Below, one piece after another: positions 11,068-20,560 of a stretch of 64,000 bases of DNA. The stretch covers positions 1,305-65,304 of the forward strand of contig SKFZ01000010.1 in assembly GCA_007117695.1 (NCBI GenBank), given 5' to 3'. The position numbers and the translations under genes were made by a program. Source of the DNA: Bacilli bacterium (GTDB lineage Bacteria > Bacillota_I > Bacilli_A > RF39 > UBA660). The stretch's first letter is position 1; every line of letters starts with the position of its first letter. A model generated the notes under the pieces. The model made no database searches and was not told where the DNA came from. It saw nothing but the letters and a program-made list of their open reading frames with translations.

Positions 11068-12744
11068 TTACATTTTATTTGGTGCATCAATATTCAATAG
11101 TCTTAAACTTTCTTTAAGAACTATTGCAACTGATTTTGACACTCTTAATTTAAAAGCTTTTTCATTGTTATTACCATCATTTATTTTATAATTGCCATAA
11201 AACTTATTAAAGTCTTGAGCAAGGTCAATTGCATACTTTGCAATCAATGATGGATCATATCCCAACTTAGCCTTAACGATTATATCATTAAATTCATATA
11301 ATTTAAACACTAAATTCCAAATTAATTGATTAAATTCTATATCATTATAATCAATTTCTAAATCAGTAGATTCATTTAATAAAGAATTAATTCTAGCATG
11401 AGTATACTGGATGTAAGGACCTGTTTCACCCTCAAATTTTAAAACATCTTCTAAATTAAACTCTATATCACTAATACGGTAGTTTTTCAAATCATTAAAA
11501 ATTACTGCTCCAATTCCGATCTGCCTACTAACTTCTTCAACATCTTTTTCGTCAACGTTTTTAACATGCTTTTTAGCCATCTCTTTAGCCTCTAGTAAAA
11601 CATCGTGAAGCATTACTGTTCTTCCTTTTCTTGTTGCCATCTTCTTTCCATTTTGAAGTATCATTCCAAAATTAACATGATGCATATTATTGGCAAAGTC
11701 ATATCCCATTTTAGATATAACTGCTTTTAACTGTTTTAAATGAAGTGACTGTTCATTTCCAATAACATAAACTGCCTCATCAAAATCGTATGTTTTTTTT
11801 CTATAAAAAGCCGCGGCTAGATCTCTAGTGATATACAATGTCGCCCCATCTTTTTTCATAATTAAGGCAGGCGGCATATCTTCTAGTTCAACAACATATG
11901 CGCCTTGATCTTTCTTGAGTAGTCCTTTTTCCTTCAACTCCTCAATAACAGGTTCCATTTTATCTAAGTAAAATGACTCCCCATTATATGAATCAAATTT
12001 ATCTATTCCTAGTAAATCATAAGTTTTTTGAAACTCTTTTAAAGATTCATCTCTAAACCACTTCCAAAGTTTTAAAGCCTCATCATCACCTTCTTCTAAA
12101 GCTTTAAAATACGCACGTCCTTCTTCTTCTAGGTGTTTATCATTTTCCGCTTCTTCATGAAATTTAATATATAACTTCAACAACTCTTTTATAGGTTCAT
12201 TTCTTATCGCTTCTTCGTTTCCCCATTTTTTATAAGCACAAATCATTTTACCAAACTGAGTCCCCCAATCACCTAGGTGATTAATACCTACAGTTTCGTA
12301 TCCCGTTTTCTCTAAAATGTTTTTTATAGCTTGCCCTATTGCAGTACTTCTTAAGTGCCCTACACCAAAAGGTTTAGCAATATTGGGTGCTGAATAATCA
12401 ATAATTGCGGTTTTTCCAAAACCAATATTTGAATAACCGTAGTTTTCTTTTTCTGATTCTATTTTCTCTAATACATACTTAGTTAATTCTTCTTTTTTTA
12501 CAAAGAAGTTTAAGTATCCTGACACAACCTCTATTTTTTCATACTTTGATTGATCTAATTTTGACTTAATCTCATTAGCTATATTAATTGGACTATTTCT
12601 GAATATTTTTGCAAAAACAAAGCAAGGAACAGCATAGTCTCCTAAAGTTCTATCTTTTGGATACTCTACTATAACATCTTCTATGCTTATATCATTTTTT
12701 AAAACATCATAAACATCATTTTTGATTTGATCTTTCAATTCCAT
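11068..12744 (-). CDS. argS: Arginyl-tRNA synthetase
   Basis: 558 aa. Class I HIGH-type motif (PNIAKPFGVGHLRS) and a C-terminal DALR anticodon-binding region. Confidence 0.95.
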   Translation of the reverse strand: MELKDQIKNDVYDVLKNDISIEDVIVEYPKDRTLGDYAVPCFVFAKIFRNSPINIANEIKSKLDQSKYEKIEVVSGYLNFFVKKEELTKYVLEKIESEKENYGYSNIGFGKTAIIDYSAPNIAKPFGVGHLRSTAIGQAIKNILEKTGYETVGINHLGDWGTQFGKMICAYKKWGNEEAIRNEPIKELLKLYIKFHEEAENDKHLEEEGRAYFKALEEGDDEALKLWKWFRDESLKEFQKTYDLLGIDKFDSYNGESFYLDKMEPVIEELKEKGLLKKDQGAYVVELEDMPPALIMKKDGATLYITRDLAAAFYRKKTYDFDEAVYVIGNEQSLHLKQLKAVISKMGYDFANNMHHVNFGMILQNGKKMATRKGRTVMLHDVLLEAKEMAKKHVKNVDEKDVEEVSRQIGIGAVIFNDLKNYRISDIEFNLEDVLKFEGETGPYIQYTHARINSLLNESTDLEIDYNDIEFNQLIWNLVFKLYEFNDIIVKAKLGYDPSLIAKYAIDLAQDFNKFYGNYKINDGNNNEKAFKLRVSKSVAIVLKESLRLLNIDAPNKM

Positions 12745-13097
12745 TCTACCACCTCATACTCTAATATAAACATAGTGTCTATATCTTTAGTATCTACTTT
12801 GTAATTAATCTTTAATAATCCTTCCTCTATAATAATTTCTTTAGTAATTATTTGCAAATTCAAAACTTGGTTTTCATCTATTAACAAATATTCACACTTA
12901 TTATTCGAAAAATCTAAAGTTATTTTATATTGTGGACTACTTCTAATAATTTTTATATTGTTATCTTTTAAAAAAATTTTATTTTTTATGTTCTTATCCT
13001 TAAAATTAATGACTTCTCCCACTTTGATTCCCGTACAAGACGATTTTTCAATTACTTTTTCTGCCTCTATCAAAGAGGTCTTAACTTTGACTTTCAT
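12735..13097 (-). CDS. DUF1934 (YwiB-like) small beta-barrel protein. It lies upstream of and overlaps argS, as ywiB-argS does in Bacillus.
   Basis: 120 aa. The position matches the conserved ywiB-argS synteny and the two genes overlap by 10 nt. Confidence 0.5.
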   Translation of the reverse strand: MKVKVKTSLIEAEKVIEKSSCTGIKVGEVINFKDKNIKNKIFLKDNNIKIIRSSPQYKITLDFSNNKCEYLLIDENQVLNLQIITKEIIIEEGLLKINYKVDTKDIDTMFILEYEVVEWN

Positions 13098-13149
13098 TAA
13101 AAACCTCCTTTTTTATGTAAGCATTATAACATACATTTTAAAAATATAA

Positions 13150-13180
13150 AACAAAAAAAAGCTTGTCACAAGCTTTTATT
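13150..13180. terminator. Hairpin terminator with an A-run on one side and a T-run on the other. Stem is aaaagcttgt/acaagctttt.
   Basis: 10-bp stem with flanking A and T runs, immediately after the stop of the 13176..13736 gene. Confidence 0.6.
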
Positions 13181-13736
13181 TAATTACTTTTAAAACATCC
13201 CCTGTTTTAAGCAAGTTAGCATTCGCATCATCAGTGTCTAAATGAAGTTCTAAAGTAAAACTTTCATCTACTTTTAAAAATACATTATTTAAAATCCCGC
13301 CTTTAATTCCAGGCGTTTCAACACTCACCTTTTCTTGTCCTTCAAGCCCATATTTTTCAACGTCTTTTGGGGTTAAATGAATATGCCTATTTGCAATTAT
13401 ACAACATTCTTCAACCGTAACTTCATTTGTTTCTGACACTATGGTTATTTTTTCTGCGTTTTTCAAATCACCTGAATCTCTTACCGGTGGGTTAATACCT
13501 AATTTATACGCATCTGTTTTAGAAATTTCTACTTGTGTATAATTTCTAATGGGCCCTAATACCCTAACATTTTTTATAATACCTTTGTCTGTTTTTATAT
13601 CCACAGTTTCATTACTTGCATAATGCCCTGTTTGAATTAAGTCTCTTTTCTTTGTCAATTCGCCTTCAAACAAAATTTCTAATATTTCCTCACTCAAATG
13701 TACATGCCTGTTTGAAACACCCAACTTCACTTCCAC
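13176..13736 (-). CDS. PduL/EutD-like phosphate propanoyl/acetyl-transferase family protein
   Basis: N-terminal GVSNRHVHLS motif and a second RHIHL repeat, characteristic of PduL. Confidence 0.55.
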   Translation of the reverse strand: MEVKLGVSNRHVHLSEEILEILFEGELTKKRDLIQTGHYASNETVDIKTDKGIIKNVRVLGPIRNYTQVEISKTDAYKLGINPPVRDSGDLKNAEKITIVSETNEVTVEECCIIANRHIHLTPKDVEKYGLEGQEKVSVETPGIKGGILNNVFLKVDESFTLELHLDTDDANANLLKTGDVLKVIK

Positions 13737-13786
13737 AATATCACTCTCCTAAATATAATTTTAACATGAAGTTAATATAAACACAA

Positions 13787-13815
13787 AAGTAATTGATAAC
13801 ATATAGTTATTTTGC
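13787..13815 (+). promoter_or_regulatory. Sigma-A type promoter for lemA: TTGATA, 17-nt spacer, TATAAT.
   Basis: Read directly from the sequence as ttgataacatatagttattttgctataat. Confidence 0.55.
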
Positions 13816-13838
13816 TATAATTTATTTAGGTGATTATA

Positions 13839-14387
13839 ATGATGGTTAGTATACTATTTTCTTTTATTTCTTTACTTGCGATATTAATAGTATTTGCACA
13901 AATATATAATAAATTTCAAAGCTTTTTAGTTAGGATCAATGAAGCAGAAGCTAGCATTGACTCAGTTCTTAGAAAAAGGTTTGATTTACTAAATAGATCA
14001 ATAAGCATTATAAGTGGACACATTGAGAAAGAAGAGGATAAAAAAAACATTCTTTCAATGATTGTTAAACTGAGAAGTAGAAAAATATCAAACTTCGAAT
14101 TAGATAGAGTGCTTTATGATGCTATTGGAGAATTCAATCAATACAAAGATTACTATGATGAACTTCATCATAACGAAAGTTTCGTTAAAATAGATGCTAG
14201 TTTGGAAGAAACAGAAATAGAAGTACATGCACTTAGAAAATATTATAATGATGTAATAACTGGATATAACAAACTTGTTAGAAAACTACCTTCTAACATA
14301 ATTGCTAAAATGTTCAAATACAAACTGAAACCATATTATGATGGGAAAAACATGGAAGATGACGACATACACGACTTTAAACTATAA
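13839..14387 (+). CDS. LemA family membrane protein
   Basis: N-terminal transmembrane segment, then the YN..L......ID.VLRKRFDLL block typical of LemA. The ATG at 13839 is preceded by AGGTGA. Confidence 0.65.
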   Translation: MMVSILFSFISLLAILIVFAQIYNKFQSFLVRINEAEASIDSVLRKRFDLLNRSISIISGHIEKEEDKKNILSMIVKLRSRKISNFELDRVLYDAIGEFNQYKDYYDELHHNESFVKIDASLEETEIEVHALRKYYNDVITGYNKLVRKLPSNIIAKMFKYKLKPYYDGKNMEDDDIHDFKL

Positions 14388-14393
14388 AAAAGA

Positions 14394-15029
14394 CTACATA
14401 TGTAGTCTTTTATAATGCTTACAAATATTTTTTAATTCACAATTTTCACATAATGGAGATTGTGCCTTACAATAATATCTTCCAAACAGCACTAATTGGT
14501 GATGAAGCCTAACTAAATCTTTTTTTAAAAATTTTTTATTAAGTTTAACCTCGATTTTCTCAGGGCAATCATTTTCTGATGCTAATCCTAGTCTTTTAGA
14601 AACTCTTGATACATGAGTATCTACAGCAATCAATGGTTCATTATATATGTTACTCAAAACAACATTAGTTGTCTTTCTACCGACTCCATCTAAACTTTCT
14701 AAAAAAGCCCTATCATTTGGCATGCAGCCTTTCTCAACTAATTTATTAGAAATTGAAATTATATTTTTAGCTTTTTTATTGTAAGTGCCTATAGGCCTAA
14801 TTATTTCTTTTATATCATCTATATTAGCATTAGCTAATTTGTTTATCGTATCATATTTTGAAAATAATTTTTCTGTTACCATATTTACTTTCTTATCAGT
14901 AGTTTGTGCACTAAGCATAGTTGCAATTAATAACTCATAGTCTTTAGTATACATCAATTCACATTTTGCATCAGGTATAAGTTTATTTAAATAATCTACA
15001 ATAATTTTACTTTTCATTGAGCCAGTCAT
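14394..15029 (-). CDS. nth: Endonuclease III
   Basis: HhH-GPD motif LESLDGVGRKTTNVV and a C-terminal 4Fe-4S cluster loop CKAQSPLCENCELKNIC. Confidence 0.9.
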   Translation of the reverse strand: MTGSMKSKIIVDYLNKLIPDAKCELMYTKDYELLIATMLSAQTTDKKVNMVTEKLFSKYDTINKLANANIDDIKEIIRPIGTYNKKAKNIISISNKLVEKGCMPNDRAFLESLDGVGRKTTNVVLSNIYNEPLIAVDTHVSRVSKRLGLASENDCPEKIEVKLNKKFLKKDLVRLHHQLVLFGRYYCKAQSPLCENCELKNICKHYKRLHM

Positions 15030-15669
15030 AGTCTACCAACTCCAAATCGCTTTTTTCATCATCACTAATATGAGATTTTTTCTCTAAGTCTTCTTTAGTG
15101 TTTATATTTTTTCTTTTCCACTCAAATAAAATCTTATCTATATACCTTAAATTAAAAACACCATTATAAACTGCTTCTGATAGCGCTAGCTTTATCATTT
15201 CTTCTGAAAAACCATTCTCTTGCCACTTTGATAAAATCTCAAACTCCATTGGAGAAAGTGCTCTTCCAAATTCTTTTTCAAAGACATCAAAAAGTTTATT
15301 ATCAACTTGCTTTTCTTCTTCATCTAGCATTTTATACGCTAGTTTTTCGTATAACTTATCAACTTCAATTACTTCTTCTCGAAATTTTTCAATTTTTTGG
15401 AACTTCAAACTAATTAACTCTTTTTCTTTTAAGGAATTAACAATAACTAAAACTTCATTTAAATCCATTGATAAGTCTTCACAAATTTTCTTAGGATTAT
15501 AAATAGATTCTTTGCAATTAATTAAGTATATCAATACAATCAAAGATTTTTCATCTAATTCCATTTTTTTATAATTTAAAATTAGCTCTTTTGGAACAAC
15601 CCAATTACTATTTCTTAATATATCTATAACTTTTCCAACCATTTTATCACCAACTTCATTATACAACAT
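15007..15669 (-). CDS. dnaD: DnaD domain replication initiation/primosomal protein
   Basis: C-terminal DnaD-type domain (YNGVFNLRYIDKILFEWKRKNI). The conserved dnaD-nth adjacency is present. Confidence 0.7.
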   Translation of the reverse strand: MLYNEVGDKMVGKVIDILRNSNWVVPKELILNYKKMELDEKSLIVLIYLINCKESIYNPKKICEDLSMDLNEVLVIVNSLKEKELISLKFQKIEKFREEVIEVDKLYEKLAYKMLDEEEKQVDNKLFDVFEKEFGRALSPMEFEILSKWQENGFSEEMIKLALSEAVYNGVFNLRYIDKILFEWKRKNINTKEDLEKKSHISDDEKSDLELVDYDWLNEK

Positions 15670-15699
15670 TGTATAAAAAAAAACTACTAAGTAGTTTTT

Positions 15700-15918
15700 T
15701 TATTTCGTTACATCATCAATTTTTTCGTTCACCTTTTTTAAAGCTTCGTCACTTTTTTCATCAAGTTTCTCTTTAGCATTATTAGTTTTTTCTTCTACCT
15801 TCTCTTTGAACTCTTCTTTAAGCCTTTCTGACTTACCTTCAAATTCCATTTTAGGGTTGTCTGTTTTCTTTCCAACCTCTTCTTTAGTTTTGCCAAATAG
15901 TTTTTTAAAAAATCCCAT
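15700..15918 (-). CDS. Small, highly charged K/E-rich protein (72 aa), possibly CsbD/YtxH-like stress protein
   Basis: Low-complexity charged helical sequence. A hairpin terminator follows at about 15672-15698. Confidence 0.35.
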   Translation of the reverse strand: MGFFKKLFGKTKEEVGKKTDNPKMEFEGKSERLKEEFKEKVEEKTNNAKEKLDEKSDEALKKVNEKIDDVTK

Positions 15919-15942
15919 AATAGCACCTCCTATATAATTATA

Positions 15943-16608
15943 CTATAAATTTGCTAGCTTTGACAAATTATACTCTTTTAACAGTTCTTTACTTTTACTT
16001 TCATTGATTAATAAAATCTTTGAAACTTCATCCTTAACTTTATTTGATGAAACGTTAAATATAGTATGCGCCTTTTCATGCATTACCTTTGATAATTCAG
16101 TATCAATTTCAAACCCTAATTTCAAACTAAACCTAATTGCTCTAAGAATTCTTAAAGGGTCTTCCGCAATGCTTTCGCCTGGATTTTTAACGGTTCTAAT
16201 TATTTTGTTATTTAAGTCAGTTCTTGCATCTAACAAATCAACATAAATCCCATTGCTATCAATAGCAAGAGTATTTATTACGAAGTCTCTTCTTTTTAAA
16301 TCTTCAAGTAAATTATTAACATATTCAATCTTAGGCATTCTTTTAAAGTCGTAACTAACATCCCTTCTATAAGTAGTAATTTGATATACATTACTTTTCA
16401 AATAAACATCAACTCTACCAAAAGAAGCATATGACACATCAGTTTTAGTAAAAATTTTCTTAATTTCTTCTGGTCTAGCAACAGTACAAATATCAAAGTC
16501 ATGACTAGTAACCCCTAAATACTTATCTCTAGGATAACCACCTACAATATATGCATCATAGCCTTTTTCATTTAACTTTTTTAAAATACATAATGCATCT
16601 TCATACAT
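15943..16608 (-). CDS. Class II tRNA nucleotidyltransferase/poly(A) polymerase family protein, head-and-neck domain only (221 aa)
   Basis: Contains the motifs GGYPRDKYLG...DFDICT, RRDFVINTLAID and DPLRILRAIRFSLKLGF. It ends at 221 aa, whereas full-length CCA-adding enzymes are about 400 aa. Confidence 0.65.
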   Translation of the reverse strand: MYEDALCILKKLNEKGYDAYIVGGYPRDKYLGVTSHDFDICTVARPEEIKKIFTKTDVSYASFGRVDVYLKSNVYQITTYRRDVSYDFKRMPKIEYVNNLLEDLKRRDFVINTLAIDSNGIYVDLLDARTDLNNKIIRTVKNPGESIAEDPLRILRAIRFSLKLGFEIDTELSKVMHEKAHTIFNVSSNKVKDEVSKILLINESKSKELLKEYNLSKLANL

Positions 16609-16612
16609 AAAA

Positions 16613-17467
16613 TCACCTACTTCTTATATAGTCTATTAAAGAAACGTTGTTTACTTCCAATTGGTTATTAGCAACCTTACCAATAAAAACATCTGGCTTA
16701 ACACTTGGTCCATGATAATCACTACCACAAGATACTAACAAATCATATTTATCGGCGATTTCAAGCATTTTTTCACTATATTCAATCGATTGTTTACTAT
16801 GATATACTTCGATACCCATGAGTCCATAACGTTTAAGTTCCCCAATGTATTCATCAAGTTCGTCAATTGGCTTTTGCAGAAATATTGGGTGTGCTAAAAC
16901 AGGAATACCACCGGCCCCCTTTATAAGAGCAATTATTTCTTCCCCACTTAAATAATCAATTGCACCTTTAATATTGTTGTGTGCTTCGATTAAATATTTA
17001 GCAAATGCTTCTCTAACACTACTAGCATAACCATGTTTTATAAGTAATTTTCCCACTTCTGGTCTACCAACATTACCTTTTTTATTTAATAGTGCCGATT
17101 CTTCTTCTTTTGAAAACTCTATTTCAAAAACCTCTTTTAAATAGCTAAGCAGCATTTTGACTCTAAATCTAGCTAGATTATCTTGATTAGCTAGCTCTTT
17201 TTTTAACTCTTTGTTATTTAAATCAATGTCATAGCCTAAAATATGAAGTTCTCCTTTTTCTATAAAAGCAGTCATTTCAACTCCCGTAATAAATTCCATG
17301 CCCTCATCTAAGTGCTCAATAATTTCAAAGTTTCCCATAATAGTATCATGATCTGTTAGAGAAAAAGTCTTTACTCCGCTTTCTTTGATTAGTTCAACTA
17401 TTTTTTTTGTAGTATAATCTCCATCTGATACGTAACTGTGTATATGCATATCTATTTTGTCTTTCAT
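16613..17467 (-). CDS. PHP-domain metal-dependent phosphoesterase
   Basis: MHIHSYVSDGD N-terminal PHP signature, with additional His/Asp motifs (LTDHDT, GSDYHG). Confidence 0.7.
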   Translation of the reverse strand: MKDKIDMHIHSYVSDGDYTTKKIVELIKESGVKTFSLTDHDTIMGNFEIIEHLDEGMEFITGVEMTAFIEKGELHILGYDIDLNNKELKKELANQDNLARFRVKMLLSYLKEVFEIEFSKEEESALLNKKGNVGRPEVGKLLIKHGYASSVREAFAKYLIEAHNNIKGAIDYLSGEEIIALIKGAGGIPVLAHPIFLQKPIDELDEYIGELKRYGLMGIEVYHSKQSIEYSEKMLEIADKYDLLVSCGSDYHGPSVKPDVFIGKVANNQLEVNNVSLIDYIRSR

Positions 17468-17492
17468 TTTATCACCACATTAATTATACCAT

Positions 17493-17523
17493 AAAAAAAG
17501 AAGACTTTCGTCTTCATTTTTTT
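17493..17523 (-). terminator. Rho-independent terminator after hup
   Basis: Stem gaagac/gtcttc with loop tttc, flanked by A and T runs. Confidence 0.6.
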
Positions 17524-17794
17524 AGTTTAAAGCTTCTTTTAACTTTGAACCTGGTTTAATAGTTACTGCTGTTCTTGCCGCAATTTTAACTGGCTCACCA
17601 GTTTTTGGATTACGTCCCATTTTTGCTTCTTTATGCTTAGCATTGAAAGTAGCAAATCCAGTTAATGTAACTTTTCCTTCATCTTTTAATCCTTTTGTAA
17701 CTCCTTCAACCATAGCATCGTATGCTCTTGCAGCGTCTGCTTTAGTTAAACCTGTTTCTTCTGCCATAAATGCAACTAATTCTGTTTTTGACAT
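17522..17794 (-). CDS. hup: DNA-binding protein HU
   Basis: 90 aa with the HU signature (GFATFNAKHKEAKMGRNPKTGEPVKIAAR). Confidence 0.9.
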   Translation of the reverse strand: MSKTELVAFMAEETGLTKADAARAYDAMVEGVTKGLKDEGKVTLTGFATFNAKHKEAKMGRNPKTGEPVKIAARTAVTIKPGSKLKEALN

Positions 17795-17906
17795 AATATA
17801 TACCTCCTTATTATAAACCCTATTGGCTTATATCTAAAGAATAGCACTAAATCAGAATAAAATCAAGTTTTTTTGTTGCTTTTAAAGGAAAAACGGTAAT
17901 TTTGGC

Positions 17907-19223
17907 CTATTTATATTGCTCTCCTTTGTTTTTAAACTGCAAAATAATAGGTGTTCCTTCAAAATCAAAAGCTTCTCTTAATTTGTTTTCTAAATACCTT
18001 TCATATGAAAAATGAATCAAACCTTTACTATTTACTGAAATGTTAAAAGTCGGTGGTTTTGTATCCACTTGCGTCGAAAAATATATTTTCAACCTTTTAC
18101 TTCTATATGAAGGGGGTAAATTAAGCATATATGCATCCATTATTACTCCATTTAAAACACTAGTTTTTATTTCCCTATTAGCATTTTGATATGCTTTTAA
18201 AATTTCTGGCATCAAAGTGTGAATTCTTTTCTTAGTTAATGCTGATAAGAAAACGACAGGTGCATAGCTAACGAATTTAAGTTCTTGTCTTACTAACTCT
18301 TCAAATTCCTTTATACTAACTTTAGATGTGTCCCACTTATTAACGGCTATAACCAATGCCTTACCTTCATCGATTGCATAACCAGCAATGTGTTTGTCAT
18401 GCTCTATAATACCTTCTTCAGCATTTATAACCAACACACACACATCACTTCTATCTATAGCTTTCATTGACCTTAAAAAACTATACTTCTCAATGTTTTC
18501 ATACATTTTTCCTTTTTTGCGCATCCCTGCTGTGTCTATCACAACATATTCATCGCCATTATACTTAAATAATGTATCAACCGCATCTCTAGTAGTTCCC
18601 GCTACTTCGCTTACAATAGCCCTCTTTTCATTGACTAATGCGTTTACCAAACTACTTTTACCAACATTTGGTCTTCCTATTAATGAGAATTTAATTTTAG
18701 AAGGGTCATAATCTTCATCTTCTTCAATTTCATGAAACCCTTTTACTACTGATTCTAAAAGATCGTATATACCTTCATTTTGTTCCCCGCTTACCATATG
18801 ATATTCGTCGAAACCTAACTCATAAAAATCATACATATTTTCTTTAGCTAATTTGCTATCTATTTTATTAACTACTACGATAACTCTTTTTTTGCTTTTT
18901 AAAAGCATATCCTTTATATAATGGTCATTAGAATTTATCCCTTCTTTACCATCAACTACAAATAATATTACATCGGCTTCATCGATTGCTAGTGATGCTT
19001 GCATTTTTATTTCAGTATTAAAATTAGCATTTTCCAAATCTATTCCACCAGTATCCACTAAATGAAATACATGGTTTTCAAAATTTGCTTTAGCATAAAT
19101 TCGATCTCTAGTTACACCTGGGGTGTCTTCTATTATAGCGATTTTCTTTTTTGCAATTCTATTGAAAATAGTACTTTTACCAACATTTGGTCTTCCAATT
19201 AATGCGACAGTTGCCTTTTTCAT
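17907..19223 (-). CDS. der: GTPase Der/EngA (two GTPase domains plus KH)
   Basis: Two P-loops (GRPNVGKST and GRPNVGKSS) and a C-terminal KH-like domain. Confidence 0.95.
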   Translation of the reverse strand: MKKATVALIGRPNVGKSTIFNRIAKKKIAIIEDTPGVTRDRIYAKANFENHVFHLVDTGGIDLENANFNTEIKMQASLAIDEADVILFVVDGKEGINSNDHYIKDMLLKSKKRVIVVVNKIDSKLAKENMYDFYELGFDEYHMVSGEQNEGIYDLLESVVKGFHEIEEDEDYDPSKIKFSLIGRPNVGKSSLVNALVNEKRAIVSEVAGTTRDAVDTLFKYNGDEYVVIDTAGMRKKGKMYENIEKYSFLRSMKAIDRSDVCVLVINAEEGIIEHDKHIAGYAIDEGKALVIAVNKWDTSKVSIKEFEELVRQELKFVSYAPVVFLSALTKKRIHTLMPEILKAYQNANREIKTSVLNGVIMDAYMLNLPPSYRSKRLKIYFSTQVDTKPPTFNISVNSKGLIHFSYERYLENKLREAFDFEGTPIILQFKNKGEQYK

Positions 19224-19252
19224 ACATTACCTCCTTCTTAAAAAAATAGATG

Positions 19253-19843
19253 CTAGGCATCTATTATAGTACGTTCAATTTTATTTTGTATTTCATCGCG
19301 ACCTTGCTTTGTAACACTTGAAAATAAAACAAAATCATTACCTATAACTAAATCTAGTTCTTCAAGTATTAAATTTCTTTGTTTTTGTTGCTGCGTAACG
19401 CCAATTTTATCAACTTTCGTCGCCACAATAGTTACTGGAATATTATAATGCTTCAAAAAATCATACATCATAATATCATCTTTGCTTGGCTTATGCCTAA
19501 AATCTATTAATAAAAAAACATGCTTCAAGTTAGTTCTACTCGTTAAATAATCTTCCATCATTAAGCCAAATTTTTTCTTAACTTTTTTACTTACATTCGC
19601 ATACCCATAACCAGGTGCATCAACAAGATAAAATTCTTCATTTACATTATAAAAATTAATCGTCTGTGTTTTCCCAGGGTTTGAAGATGTTCTAGCATAG
19701 TTTTTTCGATTTATTATCGAATTAATAAAACTACTTTTACCAACATTAGATCTTCCTACCAGCAAAAACTCAGGTTTTTCGTCTGTTGGATATTGACTTC
19801 TCCTAACAGCACTGATTACTAAATCAACACTTGATATTTTCAT
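19253..19843 (-). CDS. engB: Ribosome biogenesis GTPase EngB/YsxC
   Basis: P-loop GRSNVGKSS, 196 aa. Confidence 0.9.
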   Translation of the reverse strand: MKISSVDLVISAVRRSQYPTDEKPEFLLVGRSNVGKSSFINSIINRKNYARTSSNPGKTQTINFYNVNEEFYLVDAPGYGYANVSKKVKKKFGLMMEDYLTSRTNLKHVFLLIDFRHKPSKDDIMMYDFLKHYNIPVTIVATKVDKIGVTQQQKQRNLILEELDLVIGNDFVLFSSVTKQGRDEIQNKIERTIIDA

Positions 19844-19975
19844 AACAATCCCCTATCTCTATTTGTATTTCTTGATTAAAATAGCGTTATAATTATAGCA
19901 CTTTATATTTTTTTTGTCAAAGAATTAAAAGTGGAATTTTAGCACCAATTATAGTATAATGTTAATGGTGATACG

Positions 19976-20560
19976 ATGAAATATCCAAACGGAATAAAAA
20001 AGGATAAGAAAAGAGAAACATGCTTTTCAAATAGAGGTATGAAGTTAGAATCTGAGCTAAATGACACTAACAAATATTACCTAGATTTAAATATCGCATG
20101 CATTCATAAAAAGCCTACACCAATTAAAGTTGTTGATGTATATTATAAGTCATGCAAAGAAGCGGTAATTACTAAAGCCTACTTTGAAAAACAATCGACA
20201 TTGGATTACAATGGAATATACAAAGGAAAATACATAGACTTCGAAGCGAAAGAAACAAAAAATTCTAATTATTTTCCATTAAAAAATATTCACACTCACC
20301 AAATCAAACATATGGAAAAAGTTATTCAAATGAATGGCATAACATTTTTAATTATAAGATTTTCATCTTTAAATTTGACATTTTATTTAGATGGTAGTAA
20401 ATTGTTATCGTTCATAGAAAAAAATGATAGAAAATCTATTCCAGTTTCTTACTTTAAAGAACACGGGATTCAAATATTAGATAAGTTGAGACCAACAATT
20501 GATTATATAAAAGTTATTGATGATCTCTACTTTAAAGGAGGTATTTATGAAAACAAATAA
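19976..20560 (+). CDS. recU: Holliday junction resolvase RecU
   Basis: Near-identical motif blocks to Bacillus RecU (YPNG..., SNRGM.LE..LN.TNKYY, IHKKPTP, YFEKQSTLDYNGIYKGKYIDFEAKETK). The recU-ponA synteny is present. Confidence 0.9.
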   Translation: MKYPNGIKKDKKRETCFSNRGMKLESELNDTNKYYLDLNIACIHKKPTPIKVVDVYYKSCKEAVITKAYFEKQSTLDYNGIYKGKYIDFEAKETKNSNYFPLKNIHTHQIKHMEKVIQMNGITFLIIRFSSLNLTFYLDGSKLLSFIEKNDRKSIPVSYFKEHGIQILDKLRPTIDYIKVIDDLYFKGGIYENK

